A stretch of 64,000 nucleotides of DNA, from positions 316,027 to 380,026 of the forward strand of contig CBDBFP010000003.1 of assembly GCA_965204985.1 (NCBI GenBank), given 5' to 3'. The DNA comes from Hyphomicrobiales bacterium (GTDB lineage: Bacteria > Pseudomonadota > Alphaproteobacteria > Rhizobiales > CAJQND01). Below are positions 10,161 through 20,381 of this stretch, piece after piece (the stretch's first letter is position 1; every line of letters begins with the position of its first letter). The position numbers and the translations under genes were made by a program. Below the pieces are notes generated by a model. It was not told the DNA's origin. It worked only from the letters and a program-made list of their open reading frames with translations, and searched no databases.

Positions 10161-10934
10161 CTAGAGCCTCATTTGTTGAACTTGAGCGGAGAGACCGCCA
10201 TCAATAACCCAAAGCTGGCCGGAGGCATAGCGCGCTTCATCCGACGCGAGCCAGTTGACCAGATTGGCGATGTCATCAGGTTTGCCGTAGGTGCCCAGCG
10301 GATGCACGTCGCGAATGGCCTGCTGTAGTGATTCGATGTTGCCGCCTTCACCACCCGATCCCTCGCCTCCGAAGAAGCTTTGGAGCATCGGCGTGTCCAC
10401 ATAACCGGGGCAAATCGCGTTGACGCGGATACCTTCCGGACCGTGGTCGCAGGCCATGGCCTTTGTGAGTGCATGCACCGCACCCTTGGTCGCACAATAG
10501 GCGGCCAGGCCCGGATCGGCGATGAAACCGTCATAAGAGCCGAAATTGATGATGCTGGCGCCTTCAGCCTTCCGCATCAAAGGAAGTGCATGCTTGGACG
10601 TTAGAAACGTACCGGTAACATTGATGGCAAATATCTTGTTCCACTGCTCAAGCGTCGTGTTTTCGATCGTCTCTTCAATTTCGATCCCGGCGGCGTTGAC
10701 CAGGATATCAAGCTTGCCCCAGTGCTTGCCAATGCGTTCCATGCCGTCTTTGGCAGTCTCTTCAGACGTGACGTCATAAGACACAACATGGACACCTTCC
10801 TGCGGGTCTTCCCATGTCGCCAGATCAGCAGCGATAACCTTTGCCCCTTCCTTTACGAAGCGGGTACAGATGGCCTGACCAATTCCGCCCGCACCGCCAG
10901 TGACGAACGCGTGTTTTCCTTCAAGCATGGGCAT
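10161..10934 (-). CDS. SDR family oxidoreductase
   Basis: TGGAGGIGQA, NAAG, and YCATKGAV motifs. Confidence 0.8.
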   Translation of the reverse strand: MPMLEGKHAFVTGGAGGIGQAICTRFVKEGAKVIAADLATWEDPQEGVHVVSYDVTSEETAKDGMERIGKHWGKLDILVNAAGIEIEETIENTTLEQWNKIFAINVTGTFLTSKHALPLMRKAEGASIINFGSYDGFIADPGLAAYCATKGAVHALTKAMACDHGPEGIRVNAICPGYVDTPMLQSFFGGEGSGGEGGNIESLQQAIRDVHPLGTYGKPDDIANLVNWLASDEARYASGQLWVIDGGLSAQVQQMRL

Positions 10935-10953
10935 AGGACGCTCCTCTCTCGCA

Positions 10954-11039
10954 CGTCATTCCCGCGCAGGCGGGAGTCCAGGACAGAATCACTGCGCTCT
11001 TTCGATGGGATCCGGGTGCCCGCCTCCGCGGGCATGACG
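10954..11039. repeat. 86-bp MITE/REP-like intergenic element with ~21-nt terminal inverted repeats
   Basis: The left end is cgtcattcccgcgcaggcggg. The right end is cccgcctccgcgggcatgacg, which is the reverse complement with 2 mismatches. Each arm also contains its own small GC hairpin. Confidence 0.5.
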
Positions 11040-11057
11040 ACGGAACAAGAGGCACAC

Positions 11058-12200
11058 TCATTCCGCCACCGCCTGTTTGTAAGCATCGAGCACCAAACCA
11101 TGGAAATGGTGCACGGCATGTTCTGATTTTCCGGAGCCGTCCGGATCGTGGACAATCCGGCCCTGCTCGAATGCGGGCGTTTCCATGCCCCGTTGAACGC
11201 TTTCCACCAGACCTATGTCTTCCACTTGCAACACTTCGTCGAGATACCGGATCGCTTCAATTTCCGCTTCGTCGGGATCCGGTGTTTCGAGGAAAAAGTC
11301 GTAAGTCTCCAATGTTCTGTTTGGCCCGACAGGAATTATGTTGAGGACAATCATCGAGCTGCGGCCCGGATAACGCATCAGACAAGTGGTCGGCCAAAGC
11401 CACCAGACGGCATGGGTGCGGACCTTGGCATTGGAGACATCGTAGGCGGTGTTGGCTCCCTTCCCCGCATCCGCCATATGGCTGGAATAGATGCCGTGGG
11501 TGGTCACCTTGTACGTGTCCATATCGACCAGCGAACAAAAGTCCTTGTGCGCCACCGGGCAGTGATAGCACTCCAGAAAATTATCGACCACGTTCTTCCA
11601 GTTCGACTTGATGTCGTAGGTCAGACGGTGGCCGAAAGTGAGCTGATCGATATCCAGTGCCCAGTGCCGGATCTCCATGCCAAGGTCGCCACTCACTTCG
11701 GCAAGAGGTGCCGCAGCCGGATCGAGATTGACGAAGATGAACCCGCAAAACTCTTCCACCTGCACCTGATCAAGGCAGACCTCTTTCACCGAGAAACCTG
11801 CCAGGTTTTCCGTCTCCGGCGCGCGGCGAAGTTGGCCGGTGAGATCATACGTCCAGGCATGATAAGGGCACATGATCTTGTTTGCGGTGCCTTCTCCCTG
11901 CAGTAGCTCGTGCGCTCGGTGCTTGCACACGTTGTAGAAGGCACGGAGCGGACCCTCCGGGTCGCGGACGATGCAGATTGGATGACCGGCAATGTCGATA
12001 GTGAGATAGGCGCCAGGCTTGCGGAGCTTCTCGGCATGGCAAACCCACTGCCATGTCTTCCGGAAGATAGCAGCACGCTCGATTTCGGCCCATCTCGGAT
12101 CTGTGTAGGCATCCGCCTTGAGTGAGAATGAGCTGTCAGGGCTTTCCGAATAGCCGCCACTGATACGGCTGAACTCTTCTGGTGAGGGTCTGATGGTCAT
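11058..12200 (-). CDS. Rieske [2Fe-2S] aromatic-ring-hydroxylating-type oxygenase alpha subunit (GbcA/quaternary-amine demethylase-like)
   Basis: Rieske motif CKHRAHEL...CPYHAWTY plus a C-terminal catalytic domain. The start was taken at MTIRPSPEEF, because the tracked ORF extends into the betC 3' end. Confidence 0.75.
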   Translation of the reverse strand: MTIRPSPEEFSRISGGYSESPDSSFSLKADAYTDPRWAEIERAAIFRKTWQWVCHAEKLRKPGAYLTIDIAGHPICIVRDPEGPLRAFYNVCKHRAHELLQGEGTANKIMCPYHAWTYDLTGQLRRAPETENLAGFSVKEVCLDQVQVEEFCGFIFVNLDPAAAPLAEVSGDLGMEIRHWALDIDQLTFGHRLTYDIKSNWKNVVDNFLECYHCPVAHKDFCSLVDMDTYKVTTHGIYSSHMADAGKGANTAYDVSNAKVRTHAVWWLWPTTCLMRYPGRSSMIVLNIIPVGPNRTLETYDFFLETPDPDEAEIEAIRYLDEVLQVEDIGLVESVQRGMETPAFEQGRIVHDPDGSGKSEHAVHHFHGLVLDAYKQAVAE

Positions 12201-12211
12201 GACTTTGTCCT

Positions 12212-13723
12212 TCAGATTTTGGGCGGTGGGTATTGCATCCGGTGCACGACGTCGTCCCAGGAGACATGATTGCGCACAAACTCTTTGGAGGCATCGCGTG
12301 GCGGGTTGTAATCCCATGAAGTCAGGAGCCCTGCTTCCATAGCCTGATGCACCGCCCGCCGTTGTTTCTGGGTGGCGATGATATCGACCGCAATTTTTTC
12401 AGAATCCCAGCGCTCCCGGACTTCAGCATCGAAAGCAGCCACCAGCTCCGCACGGGCTGGATCGTCTGCCAGAGTGTGCCGTTCCTCCGGATCAGCTTCG
12501 ATATCGAAGAGTTGGGCTGGATCATGGTCGCAATGGATGTATTTCCACTTGCCGCGGCGGATCATGAACAACGGTGCAGCGGGAAGGATCTCGGCACAGT
12601 ACGCACCGATAGCTTCGGTCTGGCTTTCCTTGCCTTCTGCCAATGTCGGCCAGAGAGACACCCCATCAACCGGCATGCCGAATTCATCATCGCATCCGGC
12701 AATATCAGTGAAGGTCGGCAGAATGTCAACCAGCGAACACGGTTCCGCACGTTCCTGCGCGAGCACCCCAGGACCAGCCGCGATCAAGGGCACTCGCCCG
12801 GAATGCTCGAAGAAGTTCATTTTGTACCAGAGACCGCGCTCACCCAGCATATCGCCATGGTCGGCGGTGACAAAAACGATCGTGTTGTCGAGTTGATCGG
12901 ACTCTTCCAGCGCCTGCACCACAGCACCGACTTTGGAGTCGAAATAGCTGACGTTCGCATAATAGGCATGACGCGCGTTGCGGATTTCCTCATCCGTGAC
13001 CGCCTCGGGATACGCTTCAATACCAGCCATAAGCCTTTGAGTATGAGGGTCGGTTGCGTCTGTCATGGACGGCATGTCGATAGCGTCGTGGTCGTAAAGA
13101 TCCCACCATTCTTTCCGCGCCACATAGGGGTCGTGCGGGTGGATAAAGCTGACGACCATGCAGAAGGGATCGATCTTCTCCATGGCGTATTCAAAGATCC
13201 GTCTCCGTGCAAAGAAGGCGGTTTCCTCATCATATTCGATCTGGAAAGTGGTCCCGGCAACTCCGGCCGTCCGGACGGGATCCATATTATGATAAAAATG
13301 ATCGATCCGCTCGTCCGGCAATTCCCAATCCGGCGTCCAGGCATGATCGGCCGGGTAGATATCGGTCGTTAGCCGTTCCTCAAAACCATGCAACTGGTCC
13401 GGCCCAACAAAGTGCATCTTGCCGGAAAGGCATGTGCGGTAGCCCTTGCGGCGCAGGTAATGGGCGAATGTCGGGATTGCAGCTGGAAACTCCGACGCGT
13501 TGTCATAAGCCGCTATGTTCGTCACCAGCTTGCCGGACATGAAACTGAAGCGGGACGGCGCGCAGAGCGGCGAGTTGCAATAGGCCGCATCAAAACGAGT
13601 GCCTCGAGCTGCCAGTGCATCCATGTACGGTGTCTTCACAAGCGGATGGTCATAAGTGCCAGTGAACTGCGGCGCCAATTGGTCGGCCATAATCAAAACA
13701 ATGTTAGGGGCAGAGCGGGACAT
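12212..13723 (-). CDS. betC: Choline-sulfatase
   Basis: N-terminus PNIVLIMADQL and the sulfatase active-site motif CAPSRFSFMSGK. Length and overall sequence fit BetC. Confidence 0.75.
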   Translation of the reverse strand: MSRSAPNIVLIMADQLAPQFTGTYDHPLVKTPYMDALAARGTRFDAAYCNSPLCAPSRFSFMSGKLVTNIAAYDNASEFPAAIPTFAHYLRRKGYRTCLSGKMHFVGPDQLHGFEERLTTDIYPADHAWTPDWELPDERIDHFYHNMDPVRTAGVAGTTFQIEYDEETAFFARRRIFEYAMEKIDPFCMVVSFIHPHDPYVARKEWWDLYDHDAIDMPSMTDATDPHTQRLMAGIEAYPEAVTDEEIRNARHAYYANVSYFDSKVGAVVQALEESDQLDNTIVFVTADHGDMLGERGLWYKMNFFEHSGRVPLIAAGPGVLAQERAEPCSLVDILPTFTDIAGCDDEFGMPVDGVSLWPTLAEGKESQTEAIGAYCAEILPAAPLFMIRRGKWKYIHCDHDPAQLFDIEADPEERHTLADDPARAELVAAFDAEVRERWDSEKIAVDIIATQKQRRAVHQAMEAGLLTSWDYNPPRDASKEFVRNHVSWDDVVHRMQYPPPKI

Positions 13724-13818
13724 TTCAGACAAACCTTTCACTCACAGTTGATTTTAGGAGCACTCACAGCTTTAGTGCTGACATTTTTCGCCATCAACCA
13801 TGCGAAATTCGGCACAAT

Positions 13819-14841
13819 ATGAGTAAAATGCGCCAGCAAGAGACTTTCAGCATCTGCACAATTGGTATGCTGCTGCTGCCCGGTTTCAACAGCCTAGCCG
13901 CAAACGCATTTGTCGATCCGTTCCGGGTGGCAAACTATCTCTACGGTCAGACCATCTTTCATTGGCCCTGGCTATCCCTTGAAGGTGGCCATGTTGATGC
14001 CAGCAATGGGCTGAGCGCCAGCAAAACAGCGCCATTCCTGGAGCAAATCGATTCGTTGGATTTTATCGTGGTAAATGCCAGCTGGGCGCCAGAGACTTTT
14101 CAACAGCCTCAACTACAGAACTGGTTGAGGCGTCAGACCCAGCGTGGCACCGTTCTGTGTGGACTGGACACAGGCGCCTTTGTACTCGCATACGCAGGAC
14201 TGCTGGATGGATACAGAGCAGCAGTCCACTATGAACATATCGCGGCTTTCCGGGAGCTCTTCCCTGACTGCGGAATGGGTGAGGCGCTGTTCGTCTTTGA
14301 TCGCGACCGACTGACAGGCTGCGGCGGGCTTGCCGCAGCGGATATGGCACTGGAGATCATCCGGCTGCAACAAGGGCTGGAGCTGGCCAACGCAGCTTCA
14401 CGATACATTTTCCACGAGCGCTTAAGGCCCGGAGATGAAGGCCAGCTGCCCTCAAACCGTGAGCCGGTTGGCTATGCGGCGCCTGCAAAACTGCGGGAGG
14501 CAATCCTGATCATGGAACGCAACCTGGAACAACCAGTGCGCATTTCAGAGATATCCAGAGAGCTTGCATTATCTCAACGCCAACTTGAGCGGCTCTTCCA
14601 CACTCACGCGGGTGTAGCACCTATAAGGTATTACGTAGATGTGCGTCTGGATCGCGCGCGAGGCCTGGTCACACAGACAGAATTACCTATTCTTGATGTG
14701 GCGATCGCATGCGGTTTTGGCACGCCTGTGCAGTTTTCAAGGTCCTACAAATCCAGATTCGGTATTACCCCTAGCCAGGACCGAATAGCTGGGCGAGTTC
14801 CTTTTCAATTTCGTTCATTTCCGAGCCATGCAGGGGTCTAA
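13819..14841 (+). CDS. GlxA-family AraC-type regulator (DJ-1/PfpI-like domain plus HTH), GbdR/CdhR-like
   Basis: An N-terminal GATase1-like domain and a C-terminal AraC HTH (LSQRQLERLF, FGTPVQFSRSYKSRFGITPSQ). The gene is divergent from betC. Confidence 0.75.
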   Translation: MSKMRQQETFSICTIGMLLLPGFNSLAANAFVDPFRVANYLYGQTIFHWPWLSLEGGHVDASNGLSASKTAPFLEQIDSLDFIVVNASWAPETFQQPQLQNWLRRQTQRGTVLCGLDTGAFVLAYAGLLDGYRAAVHYEHIAAFRELFPDCGMGEALFVFDRDRLTGCGGLAAADMALEIIRLQQGLELANAASRYIFHERLRPGDEGQLPSNREPVGYAAPAKLREAILIMERNLEQPVRISEISRELALSQRQLERLFHTHAGVAPIRYYVDVRLDRARGLVTQTELPILDVAIACGFGTPVQFSRSYKSRFGITPSQDRIAGRVPFQFRSFPSHAGV

Positions 14842-14998
14842 AAAGCAAGAACATTCCGGTCCACAAAGCATGTGAGTCTAAAGTCTAATAATCTTTTTGA
14901 GCATTGCCTGAAGAACACAGGAAGGCTAGCAAAACCTTGGACGTTGCCGGAATAGCCGGGAACGATGTCCGTTATCAATCCGCATTGGGAGGAATCGC

Positions 14999-16342
14999 AT
15001 GAGCGATCACAAAAATCTTTCACGGCGCAAACTCTTGAAGAGCAGTGCCGCTGCTGCAACGGCTGTTGCAGCAACCCCATACTTCTTTACGCGCTATGCG
15101 CTTGCCGACAACCACGGTTACCGCAATGCCCCGAAGGGTGACACGGTTACGCTGGGCTTCAACGTACCTCAAACCGGCGCCTACGCTGACGAGGGTGCAG
15201 ACGAACTTCGCGCTTACAAGCTTGCTGTTGAACACATCAACGCTGGCGGCGGCGGCATGCTCGAAACCTTTTCCTCCAAAGCCCTTACAGGCGGTGTGAA
15301 CGGCAAGAAGGTTGTATTCGTGACCGGCGACACACAGACCAAGTCTGACGCTGCACGTGCATCGGCCAAGCGCATGATCGAAAACGACGGCGCTGTGATG
15401 ATCACTGGTGGATCGTCTTCCGGTGTGGCTATCGCTGTACAGAGCCTCTGCCAGGAAGCTGGCGTGATCTTCATGGCTGGTCTGACACACTCCAACGACA
15501 CCACGGGTAAAGACAAGCGTGCAAACGGCTTCCGTCACTTCTTCAACACGGAAATGACCGGTGCTGCTCTTGGCCCAGTGCTCAAGAACGCATTTGGTTC
15601 CGAGCGCCGCGCTTACCACCTGACAGCTGACTACACCTGGGGCTGGTCGCAGGAAGGTTCGATCAAGAAGTATACTGAGCAGCTCGGATGGCAGACCGCC
15701 GCAGCTGTGCGCACGCCTCTCGGCGCTGGTGACTTCTCCCAGTACATCACTCCGGTTCTGAACTCCGGTGCTGACGTTCTGGTACTGAACCACTACGGCA
15801 AGGACATGGTCAACTCCCTGACCCAGGCCGTTCAGTTCGGTCTTCGTGACAAGCAGGTCAACGGCAAAGACTTCGCCATCGTTGTTCCGCTTTACTCGCG
15901 TCTGATGGCACAGGGTGCTGGCAAGAACGTTAAAGGCATCTTCGGTTCTACAAACTGGCACTGGTCACTGCCTGACGCAGGCTCAAAGGCCTTCGTGAAG
16001 TCGTTCGGTGAGAAGTATGGCTTCCCGCCATCCCAGGCTGCGCACACCACATACTGCCAGGCCATCCTGTACGCAGACGCCTGCCAGCGCGCAGGTACGT
16101 TCAAGCCAAGCGAAGTCGGCAAAGCCCTGGAAGGCTTCAAGTTCGACGGTCTCGGCAATGGCCCGACAGAATATCGCGCAGACGACCATCAGTGCTTCAA
16201 GGACGTTCTTGTTGTGAAGGGTAAAGAGAACCCATCCTCCAAGTTCGACGTTCTGGAAGTTGTGGAAGTCACACCTCGTGCGAAGGTTGAGTATCCTGCC
16301 AACCTGCTGGGCGGCGAACTCGGCCCATACAACAACGGCTAG
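14999..16342 (+). CDS. ABC transporter substrate-binding protein (LIV/amide family) with a Tat-type signal
   Basis: SRRKLLKSSAAAATAVAA twin-arginine-like leader. It is followed by LivHMGF-type genes. Confidence 0.8.
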   Translation: MSDHKNLSRRKLLKSSAAAATAVAATPYFFTRYALADNHGYRNAPKGDTVTLGFNVPQTGAYADEGADELRAYKLAVEHINAGGGGMLETFSSKALTGGVNGKKVVFVTGDTQTKSDAARASAKRMIENDGAVMITGGSSSGVAIAVQSLCQEAGVIFMAGLTHSNDTTGKDKRANGFRHFFNTEMTGAALGPVLKNAFGSERRAYHLTADYTWGWSQEGSIKKYTEQLGWQTAAAVRTPLGAGDFSQYITPVLNSGADVLVLNHYGKDMVNSLTQAVQFGLRDKQVNGKDFAIVVPLYSRLMAQGAGKNVKGIFGSTNWHWSLPDAGSKAFVKSFGEKYGFPPSQAAHTTYCQAILYADACQRAGTFKPSEVGKALEGFKFDGLGNGPTEYRADDHQCFKDVLVVKGKENPSSKFDVLEVVEVTPRAKVEYPANLLGGELGPYNNG

Positions 16343-16358
16343 TCCGTTATCTCAATTC

Positions 16359-16390
16359 GACCAGCCGCGGCGGTATGTCCGCGGCTGGTC
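16359..16390 (+). terminator. Strong GC hairpin between the binding-protein and permease genes (possible attenuator or mRNA-stabilising stem-loop)
   Basis: gaccagccgcgg-cggtatgt-ccgcggctggtc forms a perfect 12-bp stem. No T-run follows it. Confidence 0.4.
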
Positions 16391-16528
16391 AAACAAACTC
16401 CCTCGGGGGAGGCAACCCTGGCCAATAACAGGGGGGTTACAGGCGATTTGCTGGCGTGGAGGCACCACATCATATAGAGATGTCCCGCTTGGCAGTCTTG
16501 TTTGGCGGAGCTGGTGGGCAATACGGAA

Positions 16529-17557
16529 ATGGATGCATTATTTCTTCAGGTTTTGAACGGTCTCGACAAGGGTGGAGCGTATGCGCTGATCGCCCTAGGG
16601 TTGACCCTGGTGTTCGGCACGCTCGGCGTGGTGAATTTTGCCCACGGGGCACTCTTCATGCTTGGTGCCTTCTGCGCGGTTAGCCTTAACGGGCTTCTCA
16701 ACATCTCTTACGAGAGTATCAGCGAGACAAAGAAGGATTTCCTCGGAAATCCACTTAAGGAACAGGTGCCATATCTTCAGGATATCGTTGGCACTGATGC
16801 CGCCCTTTTCCTGCAAGACTGGTCCGTGCCGCTGTCGATTATACTGGCGGTCGTCTTCATGACCCTTGTGGGTTTCGTGATGGAGCGGGGGCTCATCAAA
16901 CATTTCTACAAGCGCCCGCATGCTGAACAAATTCTCGTTACGTACGGCCTGGCGATTGTCCTGGCTGAAATTGTGAAGCATTATTACGGCGCGAACCCAG
17001 TTCCCCAATCAGCACCTGAAGCTTTTGCAGGCGCAGCGAGCATTGGCTCGTGGTTCGGCCTTGGAGACGGTGTGGTTTACCCATGGTGGCGTCTGGTCTA
17101 CTTCACATTTTCCCTTGTTGTGATCGGTCTGGTGTTTGCATTCCTCAACTTCACCACATTCGGCATGGTCGTTCGCGCCGGCATGCAGGATCGTGAGACG
17201 GTTGGCCTGCTTGGAATCAACATCCAGCAAAAATTCACAATTGTGTTCGGGGTTGCGGCAGTTGTGGCCGGGGTTGCCGGGGCCATGTACACTCCGATCC
17301 TGCCGCCCGACTACCATATGGGCATGGACTTCCTTGTTCTGTCCTTCGTTGTTGTTGTCGTTGGCGGCATGGGCTCACTCGGAGGTGCGGTGCTCGCCGG
17401 CTTCCTGCTTGGGCTGGTGCAGAGCTTCGCAGCGATGAACGAGGTTAAGTCGATCTTCCCCGGTATCGACCAGATCATCATCTATCTGGTGGCTATCGTA
17501 ATTCTGCTTACCATGCCACGCGGACTGCTTGGCCGCCGCGGCGTCATGGAGGACTAG
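16529..17557 (+). CDS. Branched-chain amino acid-type ABC permease (LivH family)
   Basis: A polytopic membrane protein whose N-terminus [30 protein letters not shown] is typical of LivH. Confidence 0.8.
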   Translation: MDALFLQVLNGLDKGGAYALIALGLTLVFGTLGVVNFAHGALFMLGAFCAVSLNGLLNISYESISETKKDFLGNPLKEQVPYLQDIVGTDAALFLQDWSVPLSIILAVVFMTLVGFVMERGLIKHFYKRPHAEQILVTYGLAIVLAEIVKHYYGANPVPQSAPEAFAGAASIGSWFGLGDGVVYPWWRLVYFTFSLVVIGLVFAFLNFTTFGMVVRAGMQDRETVGLLGINIQQKFTIVFGVAAVVAGVAGAMYTPILPPDYHMGMDFLVLSFVVVVVGGMGSLGGAVLAGFLLGLVQSFAAMNEVKSIFPGIDQIIIYLVAIVILLTMPRGLLGRRGVMED

Positions 17558-17561
17558 GAAA

Positions 17562-18752
17562 ATGGAAAACAATCAAGCTCTTAAAGATTGGACTCTGTTT
17601 ATCGGCTTTGCCGCTGTCATCCTGCTGTTGCCCATTTTATTGGTGCCACTCGGAGCAGCCTATCCCGATCTGATGCAGAAGATTGCCATCTTTGGAATCT
17701 TCGCCATCGGCTTCAACATCCTGTTCGGGCTGACTGGCTACCTGTCCTTCGGTCACGCCGCGTTTCTGGGTGTCGGCTCGTATACGGCCGTTTGGAGCTT
17801 CAAACTGCTGACCATGAACGCCCTGCCAGCGCTCGTCTTTTCCGTTGCTGTGGCAGGTGTATTTGCCTTGGCAATCGGTTTTGTCAGCTTGCGCCGTTCC
17901 GGCATCTACTTTTCGATCCTCACCCTTGCCTTTGCGCAGATGAGTTACGCTCTGGCCTACTCGGTTCTGGGTAATTCGAACTTCGTCAACCTGACCAACG
18001 GTGAGACTGGCCTTCAGACACGCGCGATTTGCACTGATCCCAGCATCAGCTTGCTTGACTGTGACGTGCGCGTGATCGATCAGGCAATCGGCGTCACGGA
18101 AACAGCTGTGCCGACTCCCAGTTTGTTTGGTTATGCCCTGCAAGGCTACCCCGGTTTTTACTTCTGTGCAGTCTTGCTGATTATCTGCTTCTTTATTGCC
18201 CAGCGGCTGACACGGTCCAATTTCGGCATCATGCTGAAGGCAATTAAATCGAACCAGAACCGGCTAAACTACACCGGCATTCACACTCGTCCCTATCTGA
18301 TCGCAGCTTTCGTGATTTCGGGCATGTATGCGGGTCTGGCCGGAGCTTTGCTCGCGGTTACTGACCCGATCGCCGGAGCGGAACGCATGTTCTGGACGGC
18401 GTCTGGTGAGGTCGTTCTGATGACCATTCTCGGTGGTGTCGGTACGCTGGTCGGCCCGGTATTGGGGGCAGGTCTCATCAAATACGCCGAACAGAAGGTG
18501 TCTTCCTGGAACGAAGGCATTCTGGAGGGCTTTTTCTCTTTCCTGCCGGAAACCCTCCAGCACGCGGTCGTGAAACTCGTCTCGCTGTTTGTGGGCGAGG
18601 GCTGGCACTTCACTTTGGGGCTGCTTTTCATGGTGATCGTGATCTTCTTGCCGGGAGGCCTGATGGAAGGCTTCCGCAGGATCGGTGCCCTGTTCAATCG
18701 CGGCAAATCGGCAAAGACCGACAGCAAAGTCGCCACTCAGCCTGCCGAATAG
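17562..18752 (+). CDS. Branched-chain amino acid-type ABC permease (LivM family)
   Basis: A polytopic membrane protein with [16 protein letters not shown]. The start was taken at MENNQ, just after the LivH stop. Confidence 0.8.
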   Translation: MENNQALKDWTLFIGFAAVILLLPILLVPLGAAYPDLMQKIAIFGIFAIGFNILFGLTGYLSFGHAAFLGVGSYTAVWSFKLLTMNALPALVFSVAVAGVFALAIGFVSLRRSGIYFSILTLAFAQMSYALAYSVLGNSNFVNLTNGETGLQTRAICTDPSISLLDCDVRVIDQAIGVTETAVPTPSLFGYALQGYPGFYFCAVLLIICFFIAQRLTRSNFGIMLKAIKSNQNRLNYTGIHTRPYLIAAFVISGMYAGLAGALLAVTDPIAGAERMFWTASGEVVLMTILGGVGTLVGPVLGAGLIKYAEQKVSSWNEGILEGFFSFLPETLQHAVVKLVSLFVGEGWHFTLGLLFMVIVIFLPGGLMEGFRRIGALFNRGKSAKTDSKVATQPAE

Positions 18753-18762
18753 AGGAAATTTC

Positions 18763-19575
18763 ATGTCTGCACAGGAAACCATTGCCGAGGAAGGACGGTC
18801 CTTCGAACGCGGCACACCTAACACCGTGCTCCACATTGATGATGTGCATAAAAGCTTCGCCGGCCTTCATGCACTCTCGGATGTGGACCTGGATGTACAA
18901 GAAGGCGAAACGCACGCGATTATCGGTCCAAATGGGGCAGGCAAATCCACACTGCTCAATGTGTGTGTCGGTCGCCTGAAACCGGACCGCGGTGCCGTTG
19001 TCTTTGACGGAAACGTCTTAACGGGCAAGTCGCCGCACGAAATCAACCAGTTGGGCGTTGCCCGCGTTTTCCAGACGCCGGAAGTCTTTCCGGAACTCAG
19101 CGTCATGGAAAATGTCATGGTGCCGGCTCTTTCAAAGCGCGACGGGCACTTTCGGCTCAATCCGTTCAAGAGTTTCGCTGCAGAAAAGGCTATCCGCGAA
19201 GAAGCTGAACAGGTGATTGAGAATGTCGGCCTGAAAGCAGAATTCACAACCCTCGCTTCATCGCTTTCGCGCGGTGACAAACGCCGCCTGGAACTGGCCA
19301 TGGGCCTGATTCAGCATCCGAGGCTCTTGCTCCTTGATGAACCGACGGCCGGCATGGCGCGCCATGATACCAACGCGACAATCGACCTTCTGAAGCGCAT
19401 CAAGGAAGGCGGCATGACGATAGTGATCATCGAACACGACATGCATGTTGTGTTCTCTCTGGCGGACAGGATCAGTGTCCTTGCCGGCGGGCGCATCATT
19501 GCCCAGGGCACACCCGATGAAGTGAAGGGAAATCCGAAGGTAATCGAAGCCTATCTCGGGGAGGAGCAGGTATGA
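18763..19575 (+). CDS. ABC ATP-binding protein (LivG family)
   Basis: GPNGAGKST, LSRGDKRRLE, and LLLDEP motifs. Confidence 0.85.
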   Translation: MSAQETIAEEGRSFERGTPNTVLHIDDVHKSFAGLHALSDVDLDVQEGETHAIIGPNGAGKSTLLNVCVGRLKPDRGAVVFDGNVLTGKSPHEINQLGVARVFQTPEVFPELSVMENVMVPALSKRDGHFRLNPFKSFAAEKAIREEAEQVIENVGLKAEFTTLASSLSRGDKRRLELAMGLIQHPRLLLLDEPTAGMARHDTNATIDLLKRIKEGGMTIVIIEHDMHVVFSLADRISVLAGGRIIAQGTPDEVKGNPKVIEAYLGEEQV

Positions 19576-20327
19576 GTGTTGCGGTCGAAGAAACTCCACA
19601 GTCCGCCGAAACGACAGGCAAGGATGCCTACTTTTCAATCCAGCACATCAACGCCTATTACGGCGACAGTTATATCGTGCAAGACGTCTCATTCGACATC
19701 GCCGAAGGTGAGATCCTGGCGCTGCTCGGCCGCAATGGAGCAGGCAAGACATCGACATTGCGGTCCATTGCACGGACAGACGAACCCGAGGTGCGGTCAG
19801 GAGAAATCTGGCTGTGTGGCCAAGCAATTCATGACTGCAAATCTCATGAAGCGGCAATGGCCGGTATTCAGCTGGTGCCGGAAGACCGCAGGATCATCCA
19901 GGGCCTGACCGTGGAAGAAAACCTCGACCTGGCAGTCATCTCCGGCGAGAAGGGTTGGTCCTATGATCAACTCTATGATCTGTTCCCGCGACTCAAAGAG
20001 CGGCGCAAACAGGAAGGCACGACCCTGTCCGGGGGTGAACAGCAGATGCTGGCGATTGCGCGAGCTCTGGCCAAAGACATCAAACTACTATTGCTTGATG
20101 AGCCCTACGAAGGTCTGGCACCGGTCGTGCGCCAAGACATTGCAAAGGCACTTGAGCAGGTGCGTGAAGCTGGAATAACCACGATCATTGTTGAACAGAA
20201 TGCGGTCGCAGCTCTTACATTATCCGACCGGGCGGTAATCCTCGACACCGGCGAAGTTGTCTATGACGGCTCAGCAGAAGACGTGCTCGAGAATGAGGAT
20301 TTGCGCCACGAGTATTTGGCGATTTAG
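19572..20327 (+). CDS. ABC ATP-binding protein (LivF family)
   Basis: GRNGAGKTS, LSGGEQQML, and LLLDEP motifs, with an ATGA overlap with the LivG-family gene. Confidence 0.85.
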   Translation: MSVAVEETPQSAETTGKDAYFSIQHINAYYGDSYIVQDVSFDIAEGEILALLGRNGAGKTSTLRSIARTDEPEVRSGEIWLCGQAIHDCKSHEAAMAGIQLVPEDRRIIQGLTVEENLDLAVISGEKGWSYDQLYDLFPRLKERRKQEGTTLSGGEQQMLAIARALAKDIKLLLLDEPYEGLAPVVRQDIAKALEQVREAGITTIIVEQNAVAALTLSDRAVILDTGEVVYDGSAEDVLENEDLRHEYLAI

Positions 20328-20381
20328 AGCCAGCCGAAACTCACAAAAAATTCATTCAATTTATAAGGAGAACCCTTTGCC

